NCBI GenBank assembly: GCA_965248435.1
Contig: OZ252100.1
Coordinates: forward strand, 3,136,001-3,200,000
DNA length: 64,000 nucleotides
Source of the DNA: Candidatus Latescibacterota bacterium
GTDB lineage: Bacteria; Latescibacterota; UBA2968; GCA-2709665
Reading direction: 5' to 3'
Part shown: piece after piece, positions 36,936 to 45,812 of the stretch
Layout of the letters: each line of letters starts with the position of its first letter
How positions within the stretch are numbered: the first letter of the stretch is position 1
Program-made: the position numbers and the translations under genes
Notes under the pieces: generated by a model
What the model was told of the DNA's origin: nothing
Seen by the model: the letters and a program-made list of their open reading frames with translations, nothing else
Database searches by the model: none

Positions 36936-38114
36936 TCAGCCCTTGTGCTTGACCGTGAAGAAGGTGCCCAGCATCTCGCCCTCCCTGATGTCGTCCGGGT
37001 CGGCGTTGCCGTAGACGGCCAGCAGGGTGTCTGGCGCAACCTCTTCGACAGCACAGTAGTTCCACGCGTCCCAGGCCTTTGGGCCGTGATAGAACTGGAA
37101 GTGTCCGACCCAGGTGTCTCCGTCATCTGCGCTGAACATCAACCAGTTGTAAGGGCGACCGTATATGACGACAACGACCCCACTCTCCATCACGGTGGCA
37201 ACCGGCATCACGCCGCGGTCCGCGACGGGGAGGGGCATGCTCCATGTGTTGCCGGCATCGTTAGACCTGCTCATTCGGAGCGGCCTGACGCCGCCCCCGC
37301 CTACAGATCGCATGAAGGCGAGGACCTCCCCATTGGGCAGGATGACCGCATCCGGCTCGGTGAAGCCACCCAGGGTTGTTCTGTTGTTTCTGCTGAGGTC
37401 GAAGGCAACCGTTGAAAGATAGGTCCAATCTTTCCCGCGATCGGTGGAGCGGAAGGCAAAGATCCGGTTTTTAGGGAGGTCCCGGTTGTAGACGGTGCCG
37501 TTCTTCGAGACAGAGGTTCCGAAAACCACGACCGGGTCGTCCTCCCATCTGGCATAGTCGATGCCAAGCAGACTGCCGTCCCGGAGCTCCAGTATCCGCG
37601 CGTGACTCATCGCACTCAACTTCATCTTCTCGGGCACGTGGATGGCGATCTGTTCCAATTCCTCCGTCAGTCCGTTGTCTCGGGAGCGGACCAGCCATCC
37701 AAAGGACTTGGTGAAGCCCTTCAGATCACTTTTCTCGTCAGGTGGCGCAGCGTCGCAGGACAGACCGTCGCGCCTGACGAACTGGACGGTTTCGCCGTCG
37801 GACAGGTTGCAGGAATAGTTCGAGAACAGGGTGTTGACCTTGCTCCAGGATTTGGCCCCGTCGGTAGAACGCACTTGCGCATTTCTGGTGCCGGCTACAA
37901 GGTCGCCGTTGGGAAATTTGACGATGCTCCCGACACAAATCCCTCCGGCGTCTTCTTGAGGTATGATGACCTGAGTTTCACCTCGTTCAACTTCCAGACC
38001 GGCTCCGGTAAGCTCGCCCTGGACGTCCTCCAGGGTGTTGCACTGCAGGTCCTCAGGAATGTTGTAGCCGAAGGATTTTCTGTCCTTGGACCAGTGTGTC
38101 GATGGTATTGTCAT
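36936..38114 (-). CDS. BNR Asp-box (sialidase-fold) protein, paralog 2
   Basis: STDGAKSW, SRDNG, STDRGKDW, SNDAGNTWS, SADDGDTW; RBS ggagg. Confidence 0.85.
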   Translation of the reverse strand: MTIPSTHWSKDRKSFGYNIPEDLQCNTLEDVQGELTGAGLEVERGETQVIIPQEDAGGICVGSIVKFPNGDLVAGTRNAQVRSTDGAKSWSKVNTLFSNYSCNLSDGETVQFVRRDGLSCDAAPPDEKSDLKGFTKSFGWLVRSRDNGLTEELEQIAIHVPEKMKLSAMSHARILELRDGSLLGIDYARWEDDPVVVFGTSVSKNGTVYNRDLPKNRIFAFRSTDRGKDWTYLSTVAFDLSRNNRTTLGGFTEPDAVILPNGEVLAFMRSVGGGGVRPLRMSRSNDAGNTWSMPLPVADRGVMPVATVMESGVVVVIYGRPYNWLMFSADDGDTWVGHFQFYHGPKAWDAWNYCAVEEVAPDTLLAVYGNADPDDIREGEMLGTFFTVKHKG

Positions 38115-38162
38115 GATTGCCTCCTCCACTCAGGGTTCTGGCTGCTTTTCGATCGCCCGGGT

Positions 38163-39344
38163 TCAGCTTTTTCGTTTGACCGTGAAGAATGTAGCCATCT
38201 GTTCACCTTCTTCAACATCGTCTGGGTCGGCGTTGCCGTAGACTGCGAGCAGGGTGTCGGGCCCGACTTCCTCGACGGCACAGTAGTTCCACGCGTCCCA
38301 GGCCTTTGCGCCGTGATAGAATTGAAAGTGGCCGACCCAGGTGTGACCTTCATCCGTGCTGAACATGAGCCAGTTGTAGGGGCGGCCGTAGATGACGGCG
38401 ATCACCCCGTTCTCCATTACGGTCGCAACGGCCATCACGCCCCGGTCCGCGACGGGCATGGGCATACTCCATGTCTCGCCGCCGTCGTTGGATCTGCTCA
38501 TTCGGAGCGGGCGGATGGTACCGCCGGCCACGCACCGCATAAAGCAGAGGATCTCTCCGTTTGGAAGGATCACCGCATCCGGCTCGGTAAAGCCACCAAC
38601 GGTCAGTGTGTTGGTCCTGCTGAGGTCAAAGGCCACGGTGGAAAGATAGTGCCAGGTCTTTCCTCGGTCGGTGGAACGGATGACAAAGGTCCGGGATTTG
38701 CCGACTTCCCGTGACCATACGACCCCCTCCTTCGTACACCACGTTTCAAGCGTCGCCGCACCGTCACCCTCAAAACTGCCGTAGTCAGCTGCAATCAAGC
38801 TGCCGTCGTCCAGCTCGATGATTCTTGTATGATGCATCGCGGTCAGCTTGAGCTTTTTGGGTACATGGATGGGTACAAGCTCAACTTCCTCTGTCACGCC
38901 GCTGTCCCGGGATCGGACCAGCCACCCGAAGGCCTTGGTGTAGCCTTCCACGTCGCTCGCCTCATCCGGGGGAGCGACCTCCCAGCCGTGCCCGGTACGG
39001 CTTGCGAACTGGACGGTTTCACCGTCGGACAGGTTACAGGCATAGTTTCCGAACAGAGACTTGCCTACTTTGCTCCAGGTTTTGCCGCCGTCGCTGGAAC
39101 GCACCTGCGTCTTTCGCGTGGATGACTGGAGATCCCCGTTGGGGAACCTGACGATGCTCCCGACGCAAATCCCTCCCGCGTCTTCCTGAGAGACGATGAC
39201 CTGAGTCTCCCCACGTTCCACTTCCAGGCCGGCCTCTGCAAGCTCTTCCTGGACATCATCCAGGGTTTTAACCGGCAGATCTTCCGGAATGTTTATGCCA
39301 TAGGTCTTTCTGTCCTTGGACCAGTGTGTCGAGGGTATCGTCAT
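38163..39344 (-). CDS. BNR Asp-box (sialidase-fold) protein, paralog 1
   Basis: SSDGGKTW, STDRGKTW, SNDGGETWS, STDEGHTW; colinear with the downstream paralog. Confidence 0.85.
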   Translation of the reverse strand: MTIPSTHWSKDRKTYGINIPEDLPVKTLDDVQEELAEAGLEVERGETQVIVSQEDAGGICVGSIVRFPNGDLQSSTRKTQVRSSDGGKTWSKVGKSLFGNYACNLSDGETVQFASRTGHGWEVAPPDEASDVEGYTKAFGWLVRSRDSGVTEEVELVPIHVPKKLKLTAMHHTRIIELDDGSLIAADYGSFEGDGAATLETWCTKEGVVWSREVGKSRTFVIRSTDRGKTWHYLSTVAFDLSRTNTLTVGGFTEPDAVILPNGEILCFMRCVAGGTIRPLRMSRSNDGGETWSMPMPVADRGVMAVATVMENGVIAVIYGRPYNWLMFSTDEGHTWVGHFQFYHGAKAWDAWNYCAVEEVGPDTLLAVYGNADPDDVEEGEQMATFFTVKRKS

Positions 39345-39387
39345 GATGGGATCCTTTGTGAGAGACACCCTGCGGGGGGGTGTCCAT

Positions 39388-39603
39388 GAGACGCCCCGGT
39401 GGGGCGTCTCTACGGGTTAATGGATCGCTGGAATCGAGACGCCCCACCGGGGCGTTCCCAGGTTAATGGATCGCCAGGATCGAGACGCCCCACCGGGGCG
39501 TTCCCACGGGTTAATGGATCGCCAGGATCGAGACGCCCCACCTGGGCGTTCCCACGGGTTAATGGATCGCCAGGATCGAGACGCCCCACCGGGGCGTCTC
39601 TAC
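39388..39603. repeat. Tandem array of 48-nt units each containing a REP-like palindrome
   Basis: Units start at 39388, 39436, 39482, 39530, 39578: gagacgcccc-acc-ggggcgt(ctcta/tccca)c + gggttaatggatcgccaggatc. Confidence 0.92.
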
Positions 39604-39614
39604 AGGTTTTTGAG

Positions 39615-40001
39615 TTACTTCGGTACTTCGCTCATGAGTGCCAGGACGTTTTCGTCGAGGTCCTTGAAAAAGGCCATCCAGAGCTCGTGGTTCCCCATGT
39701 CTGCAATCATGTGGGGATCGTCCTCGAAGGAGACCCCCCTTTCCTTGAGCGCGTCGAACGAAGAGTTGATGTCTTCGACCTTGTAGTAGATGACCGAGCC
39801 CGGGTGATCCGATTCCGGGGTTTCGGGTTTGGAGAGCATGAGTCTGACTCCGCTGCAGTCGAAGAAGGCCATTCTGTCCATTTTGAAGAGCAGATTCATT
39901 CCGAGGGTCTTGTCGTAGAATTCGACCGCTCTGTCGATATCGTGCACTATCAGGGAAATTTGACCGATTTTGCCGAGGGAGAGTTCCTTTTCGCTGGACA
40001 T
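39615..40001 (-). CDS. VOC/glyoxalase family protein
   Basis: IGQISLIVHDIDRAVEFY, WMAFFKD.DEN.LAL; RBS aaggag before ATG 40001; alternative in-frame ATG at 40100. Confidence 0.88.
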   Translation of the reverse strand: MSSEKELSLGKIGQISLIVHDIDRAVEFYDKTLGMNLLFKMDRMAFFDCSGVRLMLSKPETPESDHPGSVIYYKVEDINSSFDALKERGVSFEDDPHMIADMGNHELWMAFFKDLDENVLALMSEVPK

Positions 40002-40169
40002 GCGTTGCTCCTTGTTGTCCGCCAAGTCAGACCCAGATACGTGGAGTGCTGTGACCATAAGCGCGATGAGAACTGCGAAGGTTCGTATACTTCCTTGCAT
40101 CCCAATCCTCTTTTTTATTGGATTGGCCCCTCTTTTGCTATAACTATAATGCAGGAGAGGAATAAAAAG

Positions 40170-40198
40170 TTGACGCCTCAAAAAGAATTGCGTATACT
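40170..40198 (+). promoter_or_regulatory. Sigma70-type promoter of the cold-shock gene
   Basis: TTGACG-17 nt-TATACT, giving a long 5' UTR typical of csp genes. Confidence 0.7.
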
Positions 40199-40334
40199 GA
40201 CCCCGAAATCGAAGCATGCCGGTCTCTGTATCCTATGCAGTCGAACAAAAAAGAAGACAACATGGCAAGGATCAGAAGTTCCGATTCTTGCCTTTTTGTT
40301 TGGGCAACAGGTAATAAATTCCCAGTAGAGAAAG

Positions 40335-40547
40335 GTGGTGAATCAGTTGGCAGAAGGCAAAGTGAAGTGGTTTAACGATGCCAAGGGCTTCGGGTTTATC
40401 GAGCAGGACGGCGGCGAAGATGTGTTTGTCCATTTTTCCGCGATCCAGGGCGATGGGTTCAGGTCATTGGCCGAGGGAGACAGTGTCCAATTCGACATTG
40501 CTCAGGGTCCTAAGGGGCTACAGGCCGAGAATGTGGTCAGACAATAA
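40335..40547 (+). CDS. cspA: Cold-shock protein
   Basis: [34 protein letters not shown]. Start could be TTG at 40347. Confidence 0.95.
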   Translation: MVNQLAEGKVKWFNDAKGFGFIEQDGGEDVFVHFSAIQGDGFRSLAEGDSVQFDIAQGPKGLQAENVVRQ

Positions 40548-40581
40548 TCAGCGATAATTAAGAAGAGTTTTCGTTGGTTCC

Positions 40582-40622
40582 AATGGGTGTCATCTCGATG
40601 AGGTGGCACCCATTCTCTTTTC
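40582..40622 (+). terminator. Intrinsic terminator after csp (possibly bidirectional)
   Basis: aatgggtgtcatctc-gat-gaggtggcacccatt followed by ctctttt. Confidence 0.75.
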
Positions 40623-40651
40623 GGAACCGAGGATATCGTCCTCCCACCCGA

Positions 40652-41269
40652 CTATTTCTGCGTCTTAAGTCCAGCCTTTGCCGCTGCCAGGAGCAGATCC
40701 GGATCAAGCCGCACCTTATATTCAGGATTTACGTACTGGAAGAGAATCAGACCGTCTGTTCCGACCAGATAAACGGCGGGGACTGGCAGTGGACGCCTTC
40801 CCTGAGGACTGAATACGATTCCAAAGGCCCTGGCAACGGACAAATCTTCGTCAGAAAGGACACGATACGTAAGGCCGTGCTTTTCAATCGTGTTAAGGAT
40901 CTCCTCCGGAGGATCGGGGCTGAGGGCAAGGATTTGGTATCCCAGCTCGGCAAGCTCTGGTTGGATTCGCTGCAGTTGAACCAACTGCCGGTTGCAATGG
41001 GGTCACCAGAAGCCGCGATAGAAAACCAGAACCGTCGGTTTTTTGGAAAGCGCATCCTTCAAATCGAAACGGCGACCTTTCGTGATTTTCAGGTCCACAT
41101 CCGGGATGTGCGTTCCCACCAGGAGGGGCCGAACGTCAGACGGGGCGTTGGGCAGGGTGCTTTCATCCCCGGGCTCCTTTGCATCCGAGAACGTGAAATG
41201 AAACAAGATGGCGGACAGGGGAAAAAGGAGCAGGACCCTGCTTCGATCTAAACACCTACCAAATGCCAT
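40652..41269 (-). CDS. Exported AhpC/TSA peroxiredoxin-like selenoprotein (UxxC), 205 aa by TGA read-through
   Basis: ORF-track pieces 41003-41269 and 40652-40984 are in one frame; joined they read VLVFYRGFW-U-PHCNRQL...ALSPD...VLSD...PVPAVYLV. SECIS-like hairpin follows the TGA. Confidence 0.88.
40967..40997 (-). promoter_or_regulatory. Bacterial SECIS-like hairpin
   Basis: Minus strand ttgc-aaccg-GCAGTTG-gtt-CAACTGC-a-gcga; upper stem begins 15 nt after the TGA with G at the apex. Confidence 0.65.
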
Positions 41270-41428
41270 ATGTGACTCCTTCTGAAAGCACCCGTGCGCG
41301 TGAATCAGGGAGCGATTCTACATCTCGGATGATTTAAGGATAACACTCGAACGGGCGGAAAGCTAAACGAAAAAGTGTAGAAGCAGGCGGCCTCCAGGAG
41401 CATCCAAAACTGCGGTTTAACCGCTCGC

Positions 41429-44194
41429 TCAACCTCCAAGCTTCAAGATTTCCCTGGCGAAAGAGAGTTGAACAACACGATTTCGAAACGTGCCCGGTCC
41501 CTCGCTGAAGTCACTCAGCCCCAGGTTGTAACGAAGGTCTATCTGAAACCCGATCGGGAGGTCCAGGCCGGCGCCCAGAACTAAACTGGCCTCTGACCGC
41601 TTGATGTTGTCGTCGATGTCAAAACTTTGCTTTCTGCCCGCGTCCGTTATGACGGTGGTTCCACCTACCGGAAAACCGATCTGAGGTCCCAGATAGATTC
41701 GGGCTGATCTCGATAATTGACGACCGATGAGAACTGGAATGAGGATGTAGCGGACTCTGTTCGTCTCTTCCAATGCCCCAACTGTCCTGTTGTAGCCCTG
41801 GTTCGAGTAAGTCAATTCCGGCTGCAGGAACCAGCCGTGCTTGAGAAAGATTTTTTCATAGAGCCCGGCGTGCCATGCCCATCGGGACGATGTCTCGGCC
41901 GCATCTCCGGAGACCGTGGCAGCGTTGACACCGGCCCTGAAGCCCAGTCTTGGTCCCCCCGCCTGCTGCTTCTTTCCGTTGGGACGGCGATAGATCCCTA
42001 TCCGCTCTTCCAACTCCTGGTCACGCTTCGCCGCTTTTTGGAGCGCTTTCGCCTCATCGCAGGAGATAACCCGGTTCCCTTTGGCCCTGAATCCAAAAAG
42101 CGATTTGATACAGTGCCCGATTACGCGTTTCCGAAAAACCAAGCGGTAGGCCTCCGGGGCTGCGTACCGTGGATAATGCGCATCGGGATCGACCTGATCG
42201 AGTCGACGGTTGAGTTCCAAAAGCTGCGTCTCGAGGAGGACGCGGCCGCGGGTGAAGGAGAGAAGGTCTCGCGTGTATGCCCCTCCCTCAGCGTAGGCGA
42301 CGGTTGCGATCCGGTCGGCTTTCAGACGGCTTGTCGTGCTCTCCCGGGATAGGATATTTCGTACCGTGTCACGGAGGGCAGCCCGATCAGAATCGAGGAT
42401 CGTTCCGATCTTGGCCAGGGCGTCGAGTACCTCCTCCGACTCCTCCCTGGCGACGCCCGCCATGAACTCGACCACCCCCTGCTGCTGGGAGCGCGTGAAG
42501 CGTCCAGTGTTTCCGAAGTCGATGATCGTCAGGTGAGAGTTTCCCACAAAGCGGTCCTCGAACTGTCCCTCGCCCTCCTGAAGCGAGAAGAAGACGTTTC
42601 CCGAATGAAGGTCTCCGTGGAAGAAACCGCTTCCTAACAGTGCCTCTTGCATCCAGAGTTTTGCCAGCTCAAAAAGGGCTTCACCTTCGGACGACAACAG
42701 GTTTGCCAGGTAGTGGTCGGCAACCGCGCGATTGGCCTTGTGTGTTTCAGCTCTGACGGTGGCGTCTACCTCGGTGAGTTTCTCGTTGATCTTGTCGAGC
42801 GTGGGCGCGTCGACGAATTCGATCGCCACGAGAGAGTCAGAGGGGGAAACGAACTCAACCACGCGAGCGACCCCGATTCTGGGATGTCGGTAAACCCGAG
42901 TGGCTTCTCGAATTTCGTCGGCCTCGCGACCCAGGTTCATCTCCCGTTCCAGCGTTGCACGCACGTCTTTGATCAGCTTTTTCGCGAAAGGCGTTTCTGC
43001 GGCGCCCTCGAAGAGCGCCATCTCCCGTTCTACAGATTCTATCAACCCGGGACGCTTGACTTTGATGATGAATCGCCTCGAGCGAGCCGAACCCTTATCC
43101 ACGGTCACTTTGTGCGCCTGTGCAATCGTACCCGCGCCGACGGCTCGATAATCTACCGTGAGGCGGGGATAGATCGAATCAGGGACGGACCGGCGAAGAA
43201 CGGAATCGATCGTTTCTCGGATGTCTTGTTCTCCATACACTTTGATCCCGCTCTTCAACTCGTTCAGCTGCGCGCGAACCTTCGGATTGTTCGTGTAGTC
43301 GGCGATCATCTGGAAGAGTTTCTGGAGAACCGGGCCGCTCGCGTGAAACATCGCCGCCATCCGGCGGTGAGGCTCTGCCATAAGGTAGTGGATGGCCATC
43401 CGGTGTTTATCCCTGAAGGTCCGATAGTAGATCGGGAGGTGAAGATTCAGGAGCTCGGCGTATTTTTCGGGCATTCCCGCAGTCAGGGCACCGATATCCA
43501 TCATCTGGCTGAAGTCGATAGAGTTCGAAGATACCTGGCCGTTGCCCAGCAGGCGATCGTTGACAGTATTGACGATGTCCACGTAGAAGCTGTCACTGAA
43601 GGCGTGGTCGATGAGTTGTCGCCGTTGCGAAAGGTCCAGATCTCTATAGACACGCTCGAGCACCCCGAGGGCAGCGGTGCGTGCCGCAGGCACTGCGCAA
43701 GGATCGGCGCTAGAGTCCACGAGCTGTGCAAACTCACTCCAGGCGCTCTCGACCCAGCCCGTCGTCTGTATGACGAGCCTTCTACAGACCAGGGAGTCGA
43801 CCCGTGACTGGAGGGCGTTGACATCTCCGACGAGGTCTTTGACCTGCGCCGCTTCGGTAATATGGGGAAGGCCGCCATTCAGCCATTGGAGGAGATCCGG
43901 ATACTTCGCAGCGACCGTCTTGAGGCGCTCAGCGCTTTCCTGCGTCCGTTGGAGATCCGTTCGTGATAGGGCACAGGCGTGAACGATTTCTGCGAGGAAG
44001 ATTCGGAACAGGGGCCCGTCTGCTCGATCCTGACTCTGCAAGATGGTTTGGAGCTGGTCTGCGGGGTATTCAGGAAGGAGGAGCGGCTGGGCGGCTGCTC
44101 TGGAGTAGAACAGCGCGGGCCATATCAGAAGGGTGAGCCAGCGAGGAAAAATCCGGACGAAGTGGCCACGGGTCCGTGTTTGGGGAGAGGCCAT
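41429..44194 (-). CDS. Signal peptide + ABC1/UbiB/AarF atypical kinase + C-terminal outer-membrane beta-barrel
   Basis: GPVLQKLFQ (KxGQ variant), GAGTIAQAH, IKVKRPG, FHGDLHSGN, IDFG; last ~170 aa RLGFRAGVN...LQPELTYS..G...YILIP...LGPQIGF...IDLRYNLGLSD...NRVVQLS. Confidence 0.82.
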   Translation of the reverse strand: MASPQTRTRGHFVRIFPRWLTLLIWPALFYSRAAAQPLLLPEYPADQLQTILQSQDRADGPLFRIFLAEIVHACALSRTDLQRTQESAERLKTVAAKYPDLLQWLNGGLPHITEAAQVKDLVGDVNALQSRVDSLVCRRLVIQTTGWVESAWSEFAQLVDSSADPCAVPAARTAALGVLERVYRDLDLSQRRQLIDHAFSDSFYVDIVNTVNDRLLGNGQVSSNSIDFSQMMDIGALTAGMPEKYAELLNLHLPIYYRTFRDKHRMAIHYLMAEPHRRMAAMFHASGPVLQKLFQMIADYTNNPKVRAQLNELKSGIKVYGEQDIRETIDSVLRRSVPDSIYPRLTVDYRAVGAGTIAQAHKVTVDKGSARSRRFIIKVKRPGLIESVEREMALFEGAAETPFAKKLIKDVRATLEREMNLGREADEIREATRVYRHPRIGVARVVEFVSPSDSLVAIEFVDAPTLDKINEKLTEVDATVRAETHKANRAVADHYLANLLSSEGEALFELAKLWMQEALLGSGFFHGDLHSGNVFFSLQEGEGQFEDRFVGNSHLTIIDFGNTGRFTRSQQQGVVEFMAGVAREESEEVLDALAKIGTILDSDRAALRDTVRNILSRESTTSRLKADRIATVAYAEGGAYTRDLLSFTRGRVLLETQLLELNRRLDQVDPDAHYPRYAAPEAYRLVFRKRVIGHCIKSLFGFRAKGNRVISCDEAKALQKAAKRDQELEERIGIYRRPNGKKQQAGGPRLGFRAGVNAATVSGDAAETSSRWAWHAGLYEKIFLKHGWFLQPELTYSNQGYNRTVGALEETNRVRYILIPVLIGRQLSRSARIYLGPQIGFPVGGTTVITDAGRKQSFDIDDNIKRSEASLVLGAGLDLPIGFQIDLRYNLGLSDFSEGPGTFRNRVVQLSFAREILKLGG

Positions 44195-44228
44195 GGGTAA
44201 GATCTAATTCGGGTTAAGGAAATTGGCC

Positions 44229-45662
44229 TCAGGCATGAACCGGTGGTCGTTTGTGGACCCAGGGTTTGGCCTCTTCCAGCTGTGCGCCGAGTCTGAACAG
44301 CAGGGCCTCATCTGCGTACCGACTAACGAATTGTACGCCGACCGGGAGGTTGTCTGACGTCCAGTGCAGGGGGACAGACATGGCCGGACCTCCGCTCACG
44401 TTGAACAAGGGGGTCAGCGAAGCGTAGCTCCACAGTTGATTTATGTATGCCTCGGCGTCTTCCACCATCATGTCGAGGGTCCCGAGCGGCAGCGGGGGTT
44501 TGGGGAGCGTTGGGGTAACCAGCACATCGTATTTCTCGAAGAAATGGCCGACCTGACGGCCGACGCGATGAAGCGTCTGTGTGGCCGTCACGTAAGCAGA
44601 CGCCCGGGCTGTGTCGCCTATTTTGGCGATCTGCCAGGTTACGTTTTCGAATTCGGACGGGCTCGCTTTCCGACCCCTGGCTGCGGAATATTGTTCCACG
44701 GTAGAGGACACGCTGGCGGACATGATGATCTTGATGGCGTTGAAGATCTCATCTGCCGACACCTGAGGCGACGCTTCCTCTACTTTGTGACCCAGGTCCG
44801 CGACGAGCTTTACGGCGTCTTCCATGGCCTGAACACACTCGGGATGCACCGGGACCCCTGAGGGCGGCACGGACGAAAAGGCTATGCGCAGGTTTTCGAC
44901 GTCTGCGCCCACCTCTTCGATGAAGGGTCGCTCCGGGGGCGGTGTGTAGTATGGTGCCCCGATATCGGGACCCGAGGTCAAGTCCATCATCGCGGCGCTA
45001 TCCCGGACCGTACGACTGAGTACGTGCTCGACGCTCATCCCACTCCATCCCTCACCGCGGTCGGGTCCGGCGGGATTGCGTCCTCTTGTCGGCTTCAGAC
45101 CAAACAGCCCGCAGCAGGAGGCCGGAATGCGTATCGATCCGCCCCCGTCACTCCCGCTGGCGATGGGGACGATGCCGGCGGCGATCGCTGCTGCCGAACC
45201 CCCGCTGGAGCCCCCCGGTATACGTTCTGTGTTCCAAGGGTTGCGCGTCGGGCCGAACAGCTGAGGCTCCGTCGCCGCATTGAGGCCGAATTCAGGTGTG
45301 TTGGTCTTTCCGAAGATGACCAACCCACCCTGCCTATAGCGGCGGACCATCTCGGTGTCGTGATCCGGTAGATTATCGATCAGGAAGCGACTGCCGCTGG
45401 TTGATGCGAAACCGGTGCAGTGGGCATGGATGTCCTTAAGGAGAAACGGCACACCCGTGAAGGGTCCATCCGTCAACCCGGCTGCGATGGCCGCCCGGGC
45501 ATGGTCATACATTTCTGCCACGACGGCATTGATCTCGGGGTTCACACGTTCTGTACGGGCGATCGCCTCGTCGAGCAGGTCATCAGCCGAGACCTGCCTG
45601 GACCGTACGAGGTTTGCTAGGCCGAGCCCATCGAAATCACCGTAATCACTGAATCCGCTCAT
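44229..45662 (-). CDS. Amidase signature family enzyme
   Basis: [39 protein letters not shown]. Confidence 0.95.
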   Translation of the reverse strand: MSGFSDYGDFDGLGLANLVRSRQVSADDLLDEAIARTERVNPEINAVVAEMYDHARAAIAAGLTDGPFTGVPFLLKDIHAHCTGFASTSGSRFLIDNLPDHDTEMVRRYRQGGLVIFGKTNTPEFGLNAATEPQLFGPTRNPWNTERIPGGSSGGSAAAIAAGIVPIASGSDGGGSIRIPASCCGLFGLKPTRGRNPAGPDRGEGWSGMSVEHVLSRTVRDSAAMMDLTSGPDIGAPYYTPPPERPFIEEVGADVENLRIAFSSVPPSGVPVHPECVQAMEDAVKLVADLGHKVEEASPQVSADEIFNAIKIIMSASVSSTVEQYSAARGRKASPSEFENVTWQIAKIGDTARASAYVTATQTLHRVGRQVGHFFEKYDVLVTPTLPKPPLPLGTLDMMVEDAEAYINQLWSYASLTPLFNVSGGPAMSVPLHWTSDNLPVGVQFVSRYADEALLFRLGAQLEEAKPWVHKRPPVHA

Positions 45663-45717
45663 CGATTCTTCCTTTGCCTACGTCGCTTCGGCGGAACATC
45701 CACGCTTGGATCTTCCT

Positions 45718-45746
45718 TTGACATTTTCCTGTACGAGATTTATCAT
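45718..45746 (+). promoter_or_regulatory. Sigma70-type promoter
   Basis: TTGACA-17 nt-TATCAT upstream of the PhyH gene. Confidence 0.7.
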
Positions 45747-45812
45747 TCGCTGATGTTACGAAGTTCCTGAAGCCATTGTGCAACACCATGATACTAAAGA
45801 AAAGGGCGGGGA

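Noticed and set aside
39388-39603. CRISPR array
   Set aside because: The would-be spacers are near-identical 22-mers, the palindromes vary, and there are no cas genes; it is a REP-like tandem repeat.
39399-40328. Plus-strand ORFs with repeated peptides (39399-40328, 39466-39786)
   Set aside because: They are translations of the tandem repeat and the antisense of the VOC gene.
41003-41005. Genome-wide UGA reassignment as the explanation for the in-frame TGA
   Set aside because: Many genes in the window end normally at TGA (for example nurA, rhaM, the M81 peptidase), so the recoding is site-specific.
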